Source: Clostridia bacterium (GTDB taxonomy: Bacteria; Bacillota; Clostridia; Oscillospirales; CAG-272). From it: DNA of 64,000 bases. The notes under the pieces were generated by a model. The model saw only the letters and a program-made list of their open reading frames with translations. It had not been told where the DNA came from and ran no database searches. This document shows, in pieces, positions 37,991 through 46,050 of this stretch; positions within the stretch are counted from its first letter, which is position 1; each line of letters opens with the position of its first letter. The stretch spans positions 12,265 to 76,264 of the forward strand of contig JAGASL010000063.1 of assembly GCA_017621755.1 (NCBI GenBank), given 5' to 3'. The position numbers and the translations under genes are program-made.

Positions 37991-38016
37991 TTTCACCCGG
38001 TAGGTAATATACTGCC

Positions 38017-38061
38017 AAACTGTCCTTTAGAGCACAACCCTATTTCTTTCCGTTTTTTATT
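38017..38061 (-). repeat. right arm of the inverted repeat bracketing islet 1
   Basis: Reverse complement of 33963-34007. Overlaps the TAA stop (38057-38059) of the GT4-CsaB gene. Confidence 0.85.
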
Positions 38062-40201
38062 CAGACGTATTAAAAAATGAAAGAAAAGAGAAGTGCTCGC
38101 CCGGCGCGCGCATGGCGGCAAGCAGCCGGCGGCCCTGTTCCTTGCTTTGCGGTGCAGAAAGCATGCGGCGGATAGCGGGCAGGGGCGCGTTGCATGGCTC
38201 GCCCGGCAGGCAGAGAATCGGCGTTTCCTGTGTAGCGCAAGAGGCCGCGTAGGCGGCAAAGGCGCTGATCTTGCCGCCATCCTCTACCGTAATGGCGGGT
38301 GTGCCGGCTGCCACTGCAAAGATCAGCATATGCAGGCGCGTGGTGATCACCAAGCGGCAGCGGTTGGCAAGAAAGGCAACCGTCTCTTCGGCAGATAGGT
38401 GTGGTAGGATCTGTGCTGCGGGCACGCGCAGGCAACCTGCATGCGCCAGGGCTTGGTCCTGCCCCTCGTGCATGCAGGCAAAGGCCAGGCGAAGCCCTTC
38501 GTGCCGCGCAATGGCGGCGCAGGCATCGATCAGGGGCTTTGCTATGCACGCTGGGGTTTGACCATGCAGCGCTATAAGGAGCACGTCTCCTTTGGGTAGA
38601 TTGCTTGGCAGAGCGGTGGCTGGGCGTATCCATAGCGCGCCATCCGGCAATAGGCGTGTGCGCAGGGCGGGGGAGAGCTGCTGCGCATAAGCTATGTCCT
38701 GTGGGGTCCTACCAAGAAAGCCGTCTGCCAGCGGCAGTATACGGCAAACGAGGCGTTCGCCCGCCGTGTCTAAGCACCCTATTCCACCTACCAAAAAAAT
38801 GCGGCATCCACACCGTTTCGCAAAACGAATGACCTGCGTATAATATAGCAGGGAGCGGCGGCTGGTCTCGTTCTGTAAAAGATTGCCACCGCCCAGCAAA
38901 AAAATGCCGCGCTCGGCACCCACCCGGCGTATGGCAGAAAGAGAAAAGCGAGGCTCGGCTGCTACGTGGTGGCGCTCACTCGTTTCGCCCGGCCGCGCAG
39001 AAAGAACGGTTATGCGGCTAAAGCCCTCGCGCCGCAGGCGTAAAAGCAGATCGCCAAGCACCGCCTCGTCCCCCATGTTATGAAAGCCGTAGTAGCCGCA
39101 TATGATCATGGGTGGGCGCGGCCCTTTTTCTGCCAAGGCTCGATATACGCGAAAGGCATCCTCTACCATATCTTCGATGCTGTAATGGCGGCACACGTAG
39201 TCCCGGCCGTAGGCACCCAGCCGGCGGCGTAGCGGCTCGTCGCGCAGTAGCGCTGTCAGGTCGTCAAGCAGCCGCTCTTCCTTTAGCGCCTCTTCCCCCC
39301 GGCAGCAAAAATTGCTGCGCTCTGCCGCTTCAGCCACTGCTGACGAAAAGATAGAAAGGTACCCCTCGTCCCCGGCAAGCACCACCGCCAGGCCGCAGGC
39401 CATGGCCTCTAAGGCCGCTCGCGAAACACCGATAAACACATCCCCCTCCCGTAAAAGCGGCGCAATATCCGTTTGCGCGCCCGGCATGCGGATAAAGGGC
39501 TTGCCCAGCGCCTGGTTGATCCTTTCTGCCTCACGGTATAGCGGCGCAAAGCACTTGCCGTCACCTACGATCGTTAGCGAGGTGGCTCCCGCCGCCATCA
39601 GCGCCGGTGCCAAGGAGATCAGCGCTGTGGCGGCCGCCGCACGCCCCTCGTCCAGTCGGCTAACGTGTATCAGGCGGCGGCCATGGCCGCTGCCTGCGGC
39701 TGGGGCAAATCGGGTGGTGTTGATGCCGTTTTTCGTCACGGTAATGTCCCGCGGTGAGAGACGGTATTCCTTGATCAGATAGCGGCGAATATCCTCGCTC
39801 ACGGCAAGCGTGTGGTCGCCCCAGCGGCTCATGCGCCCACGCCAGCCATCGGCGCGAAAGACCCAATGCGCGGTGGTTACAAGAGGTATGTGCAGCTGCC
39901 GGCATAGCTTAGCAGCCAGGCAGGCTGGTATTCGTGCGTGGGCATGCACCAGCGTGTAACCGCCCTGTGATAGTAGCGTCTCTAACTGCCGCTTGGCGCG
40001 CACCAAGGCCAAGGGGCTGTGTGTTGCCCAGTTGATCTGAACGTGCTTCACCCCCTCACGTATCAGCCTTTGCGCGTAGGCACCGCCTGCGCTGGCGATC
40101 TCTACCGCCACACCGCGTGCAAGCAACCCGTGTATCAGCTCATAGATGTGTGTTTCAGCCCCGCCAAGGGCAAGGCGGTCTGTCAGCATCAGTATTTTCA
40201 T
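38057..40201 (-). CDS. fusion protein: GT4-type glycosyltransferase plus polysaccharide pyruvyl transferase (CsaB-like)
   Basis: N-terminus MKILMLTDRLALGGAETH (GT4 hallmark). From about aa 375, MIICGYYGFHNMGDEAVL (pyruvyl transferase N-terminal hallmark). Confidence 0.72.
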   Translation of the reverse strand: MKILMLTDRLALGGAETHIYELIHGLLARGVAVEIASAGGAYAQRLIREGVKHVQINWATHSPLALVRAKRQLETLLSQGGYTLVHAHARIPACLAAKLCRQLHIPLVTTAHWVFRADGWRGRMSRWGDHTLAVSEDIRRYLIKEYRLSPRDITVTKNGINTTRFAPAAGSGHGRRLIHVSRLDEGRAAAATALISLAPALMAAGATSLTIVGDGKCFAPLYREAERINQALGKPFIRMPGAQTDIAPLLREGDVFIGVSRAALEAMACGLAVVLAGDEGYLSIFSSAVAEAAERSNFCCRGEEALKEERLLDDLTALLRDEPLRRRLGAYGRDYVCRHYSIEDMVEDAFRVYRALAEKGPRPPMIICGYYGFHNMGDEAVLGDLLLRLRREGFSRITVLSARPGETSERHHVAAEPRFSLSAIRRVGAERGIFLLGGGNLLQNETSRRSLLYYTQVIRFAKRCGCRIFLVGGIGCLDTAGERLVCRILPLADGFLGRTPQDIAYAQQLSPALRTRLLPDGALWIRPATALPSNLPKGDVLLIALHGQTPACIAKPLIDACAAIARHEGLRLAFACMHEGQDQALAHAGCLRVPAAQILPHLSAEETVAFLANRCRLVITTRLHMLIFAVAAGTPAITVEDGGKISAFAAYAASCATQETPILCLPGEPCNAPLPAIRRMLSAPQSKEQGRRLLAAMRAPGEHFSFLSFFNTSE

Positions 40202-40270
40202 AGGCCTTCCTTGTTTGAAAGAAAAAACCGCCGCGGCAGAGCAGGCTGCCGGGCGGTGGCGTTTTATTTG

Positions 40271-40585
40271 TTAAAGGAGTGCGCCTTCCTCCTGCATGGC
40301 GGCCTCCTGGCTCGCCTCTACCTCGGCGGCGGCAAGCTGCACGTGATAGGCGTCTATCACGGCGTTTTCCAGCTCTGCCCGGAAACCGGCGTTGATGGGG
40401 TGAACGATATCGCGGTAGGTTCCATCCGGGTTCTTACGGCTGGGCATCACGATAAAAAAGCGTTCGCGTGCGTGAATGACCTTGATGTCATGTACGGCAA
40501 GTGCATCGTCAAAGGTGACAGAAACAACGGCCTTCATCGGGCCTTCGTCAAAGAATTTTCTGATCTTGATATCGGTGATCTGCAT
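40271..40585 (-). CDS. spoVG: septation protein SpoVG
   Basis: MQITDIKIRK...MKAVVSVTFDDALAVHDIKVI...FIVMPSRK. Start ATG 40585 after GAGGAAGGA. Confidence 0.9.
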   Translation of the reverse strand: MQITDIKIRKFFDEGPMKAVVSVTFDDALAVHDIKVIHARERFFIVMPSRKNPDGTYRDIVHPINAGFRAELENAVIDAYHVQLAAAEVEASQEAAMQEEGALL

Positions 40586-40772
40586 AGGCTTGTCCTTCCT
40601 CGTCGTTTGTATTTTTTGGATTTGTGACAAATACAGTATAAAAGAAAAATGTGAATACAGTTGTAATAGAAAATGTGAGTTTTGTTAAACATATTTGATC
40701 GATATATTACCAATTGAGGAAGAAGGTTGTTTGAATTTGTCGCTATCGAATACTTTTTCGCACCCCGCCTCG

Positions 40773-42182
40773 ATGCGGGCGGTTTTTTGCCGTCACCCAC
40801 GGTTGTTCTTTGTCGGAATTGGCGGTATCGGCATGCAGGGGCTTGCTATGCTGCTCTTTCGCCGCGGCTTTGCCGTTGGTGGCTCTGACCGTGCCGCCAG
40901 CCCGGCAATAGACCGTCTGCGTGCCATGGGCATACCCGTTACGATCGGCCACCGGGCAGAAAGCATCCGCGGCTACGACGTGCTGATCTACACCCTGGCA
41001 GCTGACCGCGAAACGCCCGAGCTGGCCGCCGCCAGGCGTGCCGCACTACCATGCTTTTCACGCGCCGATCTGCTTGGTTATCTGATGGCCGAATACCCCA
41101 TCCGTATCGGTGTGGCCGGCATGCACGGCAAAAGCTCTACCACCGCTATGTTAGCCGCCGTGCTGCGGGAGGGCGGCTTAGCGCCAACCGTTGCCTCGGG
41201 TGCTGCCATTGACCCCAGTGGTGCCGTGGTGCAGGAGGGGGGTAGGCAGGTCCTTTTGTGTGAGGCCTGCGAATACCGCGATTCCTTTCTCTGCCTGCAC
41301 CCCAGCATTGCCGTGGTGCTGAATTGCGAATGGGAGCATACCGATTATTTTAAGAGCCTGGCGCAGGTCAAGGCCTCCTTTCATACCTACATAAAGCGAG
41401 CCAGGACAGTAGTCCTGCCGGCTGATTGCTGCCAAAGCAGCCTGCCCCCCACCGCAGGCATGCGCGTGCTGCGCTTTGGCCTTTCACCGGTGGCGGATGC
41501 TCGTGCGGTGAATATCACCTATCGGGCAGGCTGTGCCTCGTTTGATTACCTGTTTTGTGGCATACATTGCGGTCGCGTTACGCTGGCGGTGCCGGGCGAG
41601 CACAACGTGCAAAACGCGCTGGCTGCCTTGGCGGTGGCCGAGGCCTGCCGCGTGCCGTTTGCTGCCTCGGCACGGGCGCTTGCCGCATGCCAAGGGGCAG
41701 ACCGCCGTCTATCGCTGCGCGGTGGCTGGCGCGGTATGGCAGTTTATGAGGATTATGCCCATCACCCCACCGAGATCCGTGCCTCGCTTGCCGCCTTGCG
41801 CCGCATCTTAGCCGGGCAGGCAAGGGAAGAGGGGAAGGAAAGGCCACGCCTGCTGTGCGCCTTTCAGCCGCATACCTATTCCCGCACCGCCGCTTTTTTT
41901 GATGCCTTTTGCGAAAGCCTCAGCATGGCTGACCGGGTCTGCCTGCTTGATATTTACGCCGCGCGAGAGCAGAATGAAAGCGGCGTTAGCGCGGCCGCGC
42001 TGGCCGCGGCGATACCCGGCGCCCACTATGCGGCCAATATGGATGAGGCGCGCGCCTACCTGGCAAAGATCGGGCACCCGGGGGATCTGTTGGTGGTGAT
42101 GGGCGCCGGGGATATTTCTCGCCTTTTGGAGGGAATGCCCCTGGCCACCTCTTGCAAAACCGAAGGGGATGTGGTACAATAA
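40773..42182 (+). CDS. murC: UDP-N-acetylmuramate--L-alanine ligase
   Basis: FFVGIGGIGMQGLA and GVAGMHGKSSTTAM. Start ATG 40773; TTG 40803 is possible. Confidence 0.86.
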   Translation: MRAVFCRHPRLFFVGIGGIGMQGLAMLLFRRGFAVGGSDRAASPAIDRLRAMGIPVTIGHRAESIRGYDVLIYTLAADRETPELAAARRAALPCFSRADLLGYLMAEYPIRIGVAGMHGKSSTTAMLAAVLREGGLAPTVASGAAIDPSGAVVQEGGRQVLLCEACEYRDSFLCLHPSIAVVLNCEWEHTDYFKSLAQVKASFHTYIKRARTVVLPADCCQSSLPPTAGMRVLRFGLSPVADARAVNITYRAGCASFDYLFCGIHCGRVTLAVPGEHNVQNALAALAVAEACRVPFAASARALAACQGADRRLSLRGGWRGMAVYEDYAHHPTEIRASLAALRRILAGQAREEGKERPRLLCAFQPHTYSRTAAFFDAFCESLSMADRVCLLDIYAAREQNESGVSAAALAAAIPGAHYAANMDEARAYLAKIGHPGDLLVVMGAGDISRLLEGMPLATSCKTEGDVVQ

Positions 42183-42204
42183 AAGAAAAAAGGAGGGGAA
42201 AAGC

Positions 42205-43470
42205 ATGACGGATGTTTCTATAATGGGCAAAAACCTGTGTTTTTCTCTTCCCACACAGGTGCATATGGTGCTTGATCGCCTTGCCAACGCCGGGCACGAG
42301 GCCTTTTTGGTAGGCGGCTGCGTGCGTGATTTCTTGCGTGGCGTGGTGCCGCATGATTATGACCTGACCACCAGCGCGCAGCCCGAGGAGATGCACGCCG
42401 CCTTTGCCGGCTTACGCACGATCGATACCGGCATTCAGCACGGTACGATCACGGTGCTGATCGACGGTATGCCCATTGAGGTTACTACCTATCGGGTAGA
42501 TGGGGATTACCACGATAACCGACACCCGGATGCGGTGACCTTTACCACCAGCCTGCGCGAGGACGTGGCGCGGCGCGATTTCACCATGAATGCGCTGGCC
42601 TATCACCCCGCCATAGGCATTTGCGATTATTTTGGGGGCTGTGCCGATATCGCCGATCGCCGTATTCGCGCGGTGGGCGAGCCGCATCGCCGCTTTGAAG
42701 AGGATGCGCTGCGCATCCTGCGCGCATTGCGCTTTTCGGCCGTGCTTGGCTTTTCTATCGAAGAAAAGACCGCCGCCGCCGCGCGGGATCGCGCGCATCT
42801 GCTTGCCAACGTATCGGCCGAGCGTATCCATGAGGAGCTGACAAAGCTGCTCTGCGGCCAAAACGTGCAGGCCGTGCTGCATGAATATGCCGGTGTGTTA
42901 GCCGCCGCGCTGCCGGCCTGGTACCGGGCGGCACGCGATGATATCGCACCGCTTGCCAAGCGAGTCGGCGCTATGCCAAGTGACCCGGTTGCTCGCTTCA
43001 CAGCCTTTCTTTCGCCGCTGGCAGAGATGCCGGGTGAGGCCGACCGGGTGATGGCTGACCTGCGCTTTGACCGCCGCACGCGCGAGCGGGTGGGCAAGCT
43101 GCTTGCCCATCAAACCGACCCCTGCACGGGAGATCTGCCTACGCTACGCCGCTTTGTAGCCGGCCTTGGTGCCGGGGATGCCCGCCTGATGCTGGCCATG
43201 CACCAAGCCACCGCCACGCTCACCGGGGATGAAGAAAGGCAAAACGCGCTTGCCACCGCCCACGAGACGATTGATGCGCTTTTGCAGCAAGGGGCCTGCT
43301 GCTCGGTGCGTGATTTAGCTATTGGCGGTGCCGATCTGCTGGCGCTTGGCTGTGCGCCCGGCAAGACCATGGGTCTTTGCCTGCAGCGCGCATTTTCTGC
43401 CGTGTTAGACGGCGGGGTAGAGAACGAAAAAAACGCCCTGCTTGCCTACTGTAAGCAGCATTTGCTATAA
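42205..43470 (+). CDS. cca: CCA tRNA nucleotidyltransferase
   Basis: FLVGGCVRD...DYDLTT and ERDFTMNA motifs. Start ATG 42205 after AAGGAGGGG. Confidence 0.85.
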   Translation: MTDVSIMGKNLCFSLPTQVHMVLDRLANAGHEAFLVGGCVRDFLRGVVPHDYDLTTSAQPEEMHAAFAGLRTIDTGIQHGTITVLIDGMPIEVTTYRVDGDYHDNRHPDAVTFTTSLREDVARRDFTMNALAYHPAIGICDYFGGCADIADRRIRAVGEPHRRFEEDALRILRALRFSAVLGFSIEEKTAAAARDRAHLLANVSAERIHEELTKLLCGQNVQAVLHEYAGVLAAALPAWYRAARDDIAPLAKRVGAMPSDPVARFTAFLSPLAEMPGEADRVMADLRFDRRTRERVGKLLAHQTDPCTGDLPTLRRFVAGLGAGDARLMLAMHQATATLTGDEERQNALATAHETIDALLQQGACCSVRDLAIGGADLLALGCAPGKTMGLCLQRAFSAVLDGGVENEKNALLAYCKQHLL

Positions 43471-43516
43471 AAAGAAGGAGAGACCTTGGCGTACCTGCGA
43501 TAAAGCAGTATTTTAC
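43464..43516 (+). repeat. L arm: inverted-repeat partner of 45077-45127, overlapping the cca stop
   Basis: gctataaaaagaaggagagac (43464-43484) is the exact reverse complement of 45107-45127. ataaagcag and ttttac blocks are also shared. Confidence 0.85.
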
Positions 43517-43633
43517 TTTTTATTGATGTAAAGTACTGCTTTATCTATTTAACAATGAATTGATAATTGAAAAAAAGAAAAATTATACTATAATAAAATC
43601 GTAAGCTTACAAAATTTATTTTGGAGGTACGAT

Positions 43634-44740
43634 ATGAACATTAAAATAGGTGCGATTATAAAAAAACTTCGCCAAGAAAATAATATCACACAGGACACCC
43701 TTGCCACCGCTATAGGCGTTACGCCTCAAGCGATATCTCGTTGGGAATCCGAAGGAGGTTATCCCGACATAGAACTTCTTCCGCCGTTGGCAGACTTTTT
43801 CTCGGTCAGCACGGATGAGCTTCTTGGATATAAGCTGTCGGAGCGAGAAGAAGAACTTGCAAATATCAAGAAAGAATTGCGCCGTTTGGCAGAAGTGGGA
43901 ACACATCAAGAAAAGCTTTCTTTCGCGCGCGATGCGTTTGTAAAATTTCCTAACGATTTCAAAATCAAAGTTTATCTTGCAGCCTGTTTGTCGGACGAAT
44001 GGAGCAATACACACGAGAAATCTCTGATTCATGAATCTGAAACCCTCTGTTTATCGGTAATTGACGACTGTCATGATGAAGATATACGTTATGAAGCAAT
44101 TTGCACATTAAGCAGTATTTATAACGAATTGGGAGAAATAAAAAAAGCGCGAAGTACTTTAGAATTGCTCTCTCCTATGAAGTACTGCCGCGAAACTGCT
44201 CTTGCTTGCGGAATAGGTGACGGAAATACAGAATTGTATATTCAAGACGAGATCGATAAATTTACAGATGGCTTGGGATTGTCTATCCACAATCTTGCAC
44301 TACATGAAGATTTGCCGGACGATTCATCTACTTGGAATAAAAAAATTGAAATGCTTACCATTTCCAATCGTTTGTATAAGATGATATACGGAGATAACCT
44401 TATGTTTTATCATACACGGCTTTCAAGAAACTATTGGTTATTCTCCACCTATCAGATTGCGCAAGGCAAAAATGCGGAAACGCTTGAATCTCTTGAAAAA
44501 ATGTGTTATCACGCTATTGAATATGATAAAGCGTATATCAATGACCACGGTAAATATTTTACGTCAATTCTTACCGACAAATTGATTTATCCTGAACCGA
44601 GCAAAGATTTTCACGAGTGTACAGAACACACAGAATGCTATCATATTCTTAAAAAAATGAAGCATCCTCGATATGATTGCATCCGTCAAGATTCCCGTTT
44701 TATTTCAATTGTTGAGAAATTGAATCAATATTCGAAATAA
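43634..44740 (+). CDS. XRE-family HTH regulator with helical-repeat (TPR-like) C-terminal domain
   Basis: N-terminus IKKLRQENNITQDTLATAIGVTPQAISRWESEGGYPDIELLPPLADFFSVSTDELLG. RBS GGAGG. AT-rich codon usage. Confidence 0.75.
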   Translation: MNIKIGAIIKKLRQENNITQDTLATAIGVTPQAISRWESEGGYPDIELLPPLADFFSVSTDELLGYKLSEREEELANIKKELRRLAEVGTHQEKLSFARDAFVKFPNDFKIKVYLAACLSDEWSNTHEKSLIHESETLCLSVIDDCHDEDIRYEAICTLSSIYNELGEIKKARSTLELLSPMKYCRETALACGIGDGNTELYIQDEIDKFTDGLGLSIHNLALHEDLPDDSSTWNKKIEMLTISNRLYKMIYGDNLMFYHTRLSRNYWLFSTYQIAQGKNAETLESLEKMCYHAIEYDKAYINDHGKYFTSILTDKLIYPEPSKDFHECTEHTECYHILKKMKHPRYDCIRQDSRFISIVEKLNQYSK

Positions 44741-44771
44741 GTTATCCTTGCCCCGCCTTGCGCGGGGCTTC

Positions 44772-44814
44772 GCTTTTGTGTCCGCAAAAGCAGTGCTTGT
44801 CAGGAAAATTGACA
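44772..44814 (+). repeat. 43-nt repeat, copy B
   Basis: 41/43 identical to 34048-34090. The two differences fall in the loop of hairpin gcttttg-N6-caaaagc. Confidence 0.85.
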
Positions 44815-44995
44815 AGGCATAGATGAACATAAAAGAAAGGCTCCCTTGTGTAAAGGGAGCTGACGCCGAAGGCGGCTGAGGGATTGTGTTACGATGAAAT
44901 TTTTTCTTTTTACAATCCCTCCGTCACGCTAACGCGTGCCACCTCCCTTTGCACAAGGGAGGCGTATTGCCACCCGACAGTACGCCTAAAAGGTG

Positions 44996-45127
44996 TAACA
45001 CACTATACCTTGCGAGGTAAGGAGTGTGAAAAGGAGTACGAACGAAAATGTTCATACTCCTTTTGCTTTTCGTCAGGTAAAACCTGCTTTATGGGAGGCA
45101 CCCGTTGTCTCTCCTTCTTTTTATAGC
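44996..45127. repeat. convergent-junction module, copy 1 (E element plus R arm)
   Basis: taacacactatacc..gtgtgaaaagg, a variable terminator hairpin, then gtaaaacctgctttatgggaggcacccg. Alignable to 58478-58621. Confidence 0.75.
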
Positions 45128-46050
45128 TTGTTTTCATACCGCTCGGCGGTGATGATGCCGTCCTTCACCTGCAGGCGGCAGGCGCGTGCAGTGCGCTCCT
45201 CGCGGTAGCCGCTGCCATCCTTGGGGGCGTAATCACGCCCGTGGTAGATGGCGTAATACTCGCCCCGCCATTTGATCACGCTGTGGTGGCCGGTGCCCTC
45301 CTCAAACTCGTTTTTGATCAGCACCGGGGCAAAATGCCCGTCCTTTGTGTGCTTTTCAAGATCGAGCTTGGTCAGGTCGGTCTCGCCGGTCTTTGCCGCC
45401 GCATAACCGATGTGGTAGGTGTCATCCTGGTAACAGCCGCCGCTGTACATCACATACTGCCATTCCCCCTCCTGGAACCAAAAGGCACCCTCAATGGTGT
45501 GCCAGTTGCGTTCGGGCGTGCACTGCGGGGTAAACCACTCCTCGTCAAAGGTGGGAACGATCATCTCGCGCACCTCGTTTGCGGGCGTGTAAGGGTCAAG
45601 CAGACGATCAATGCATACCCGCGTGCCAACGCGTTCGCAAGCAAGATTATCCTGCGCAAACCACAAAAAGAGCCCGGCATCGGTTTTCACCACGTGAGAA
45701 TCGATTGAAAATCGATGATAAAGCCGCTTTTCGTCGGTAAACGGCCCAAGCGGCGAGGTGGCGCGCGCTACGTGCATATGCTCATTGCAGGCCTCGCCGT
45801 CAATGCTTCGATAGCAGGAAACGTACATGTAATAAATGCCCTCATGCTTGATGACCGAGGGTGCCCAAAAATCCCGTCCGTCTGCAAAGGCGGTCACCAC
45901 GCCCTCATAGTGCCACACGTCGGTCAGGTCGGTGGCGGAATAGGCCTCAACCCCCTCGCTACCGGTCACGTACAGATATAGCCTGCCGTCATCCTCAAAA
46001 ATAAAGGGATCCGGCTGGGTTCTTCCACAAACGTCAAATTTCAGCTTCAT
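45121..46050 (-). CDS. glycoside hydrolase family 43 enzyme
   Basis: DPFIFEDDG, FWAPSVIKHEGIYYMY, IDSHV, and EGAFWF, typical of the GH43 five-bladed propeller. Confidence 0.8.
   Translation of the reverse strand: MKLKFDVCGRTQPDPFIFEDDGRLYLYVTGSEGVEAYSATDLTDVWHYEGVVTAFADGRDFWAPSVIKHEGIYYMYVSCYRSIDGEACNEHMHVARATSPLGPFTDEKRLYHRFSIDSHVVKTDAGLFLWFAQDNLACERVGTRVCIDRLLDPYTPANEVREMIVPTFDEEWFTPQCTPERNWHTIEGAFWFQEGEWQYVMYSGGCYQDDTYHIGYAAAKTGETDLTKLDLEKHTKDGHFAPVLIKNEFEEGTGHHSVIKWRGEYYAIYHGRDYAPKDGSGYREERTARACRLQVKDGIITAERYENKL

Larger units (their letters stand above)
34008..38016. other. lower-GC islet 1 (GH2, YgjV-like, ROK regulator)
   Basis: Spot counts of 60-nt lines give about 35-55% G+C inside versus about 60% in the flanks. 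Bounded by the inverted repeat 33963-34007 / 38017-38061. No mobility gene. Confidence 0.6.
43546..45076. other. islet 2: AT-rich XRE-TPR gene plus ~330 bp of hairpin-rich non-coding DNA
   Basis: Lies between direct copies of GTAAAnnnCTGCTTTAT (43528-43544 and 45077-45092) and inside the L/R inverted arms. The gene is about 40% G+C by spot counts. Confidence 0.55.

Noticed and set aside
34008-38016. Calling the lower-GC islets (also 43546-45076 and 47346-48683) transposons, integrative elements or prophage remnants
   Set aside because: No transposase, integrase, recombinase, relaxase or phage gene is present in or beside any of them. I therefore report only the composition shift and the flanking repeats, not a mobile-element class.
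38070-38633. 187-aa and other alternative-frame ORFs inside the GT4-CsaB gene (38070..38633, 38093..38398, 39312..39782)
   Set aside because: Their translations are Arg/Ala/Pro-rich with no motifs or RBS. They are fully nested in a gene with clear GT4 and pyruvyl-transferase hallmarks.
40755-40800. ccgcc-tcgat-gcgggcgg hairpin followed by tttttt, overlapping the murC start, considered as a terminator or attenuator
   Set aside because: The stem is only about 4 bp when paired strictly. The T-run lies inside the murC reading frame (AVFCR). The best murC start (40773) is within it, so it is more simply coding sequence.
44884-45126. 80-aa ORF downstream of the XRE-TPR gene. I also considered whether the XRE-TPR gene plus a small peptide gene form an RRNPP-type quorum-sensing pair.
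   Set aside because: The ORF has no RBS, is Cys-rich and low in complexity, and lies across stacked hairpins. No short secreted-peptide gene with an RBS is visible on either side of the regulator, so the quorum-sensing idea has no sequence support.
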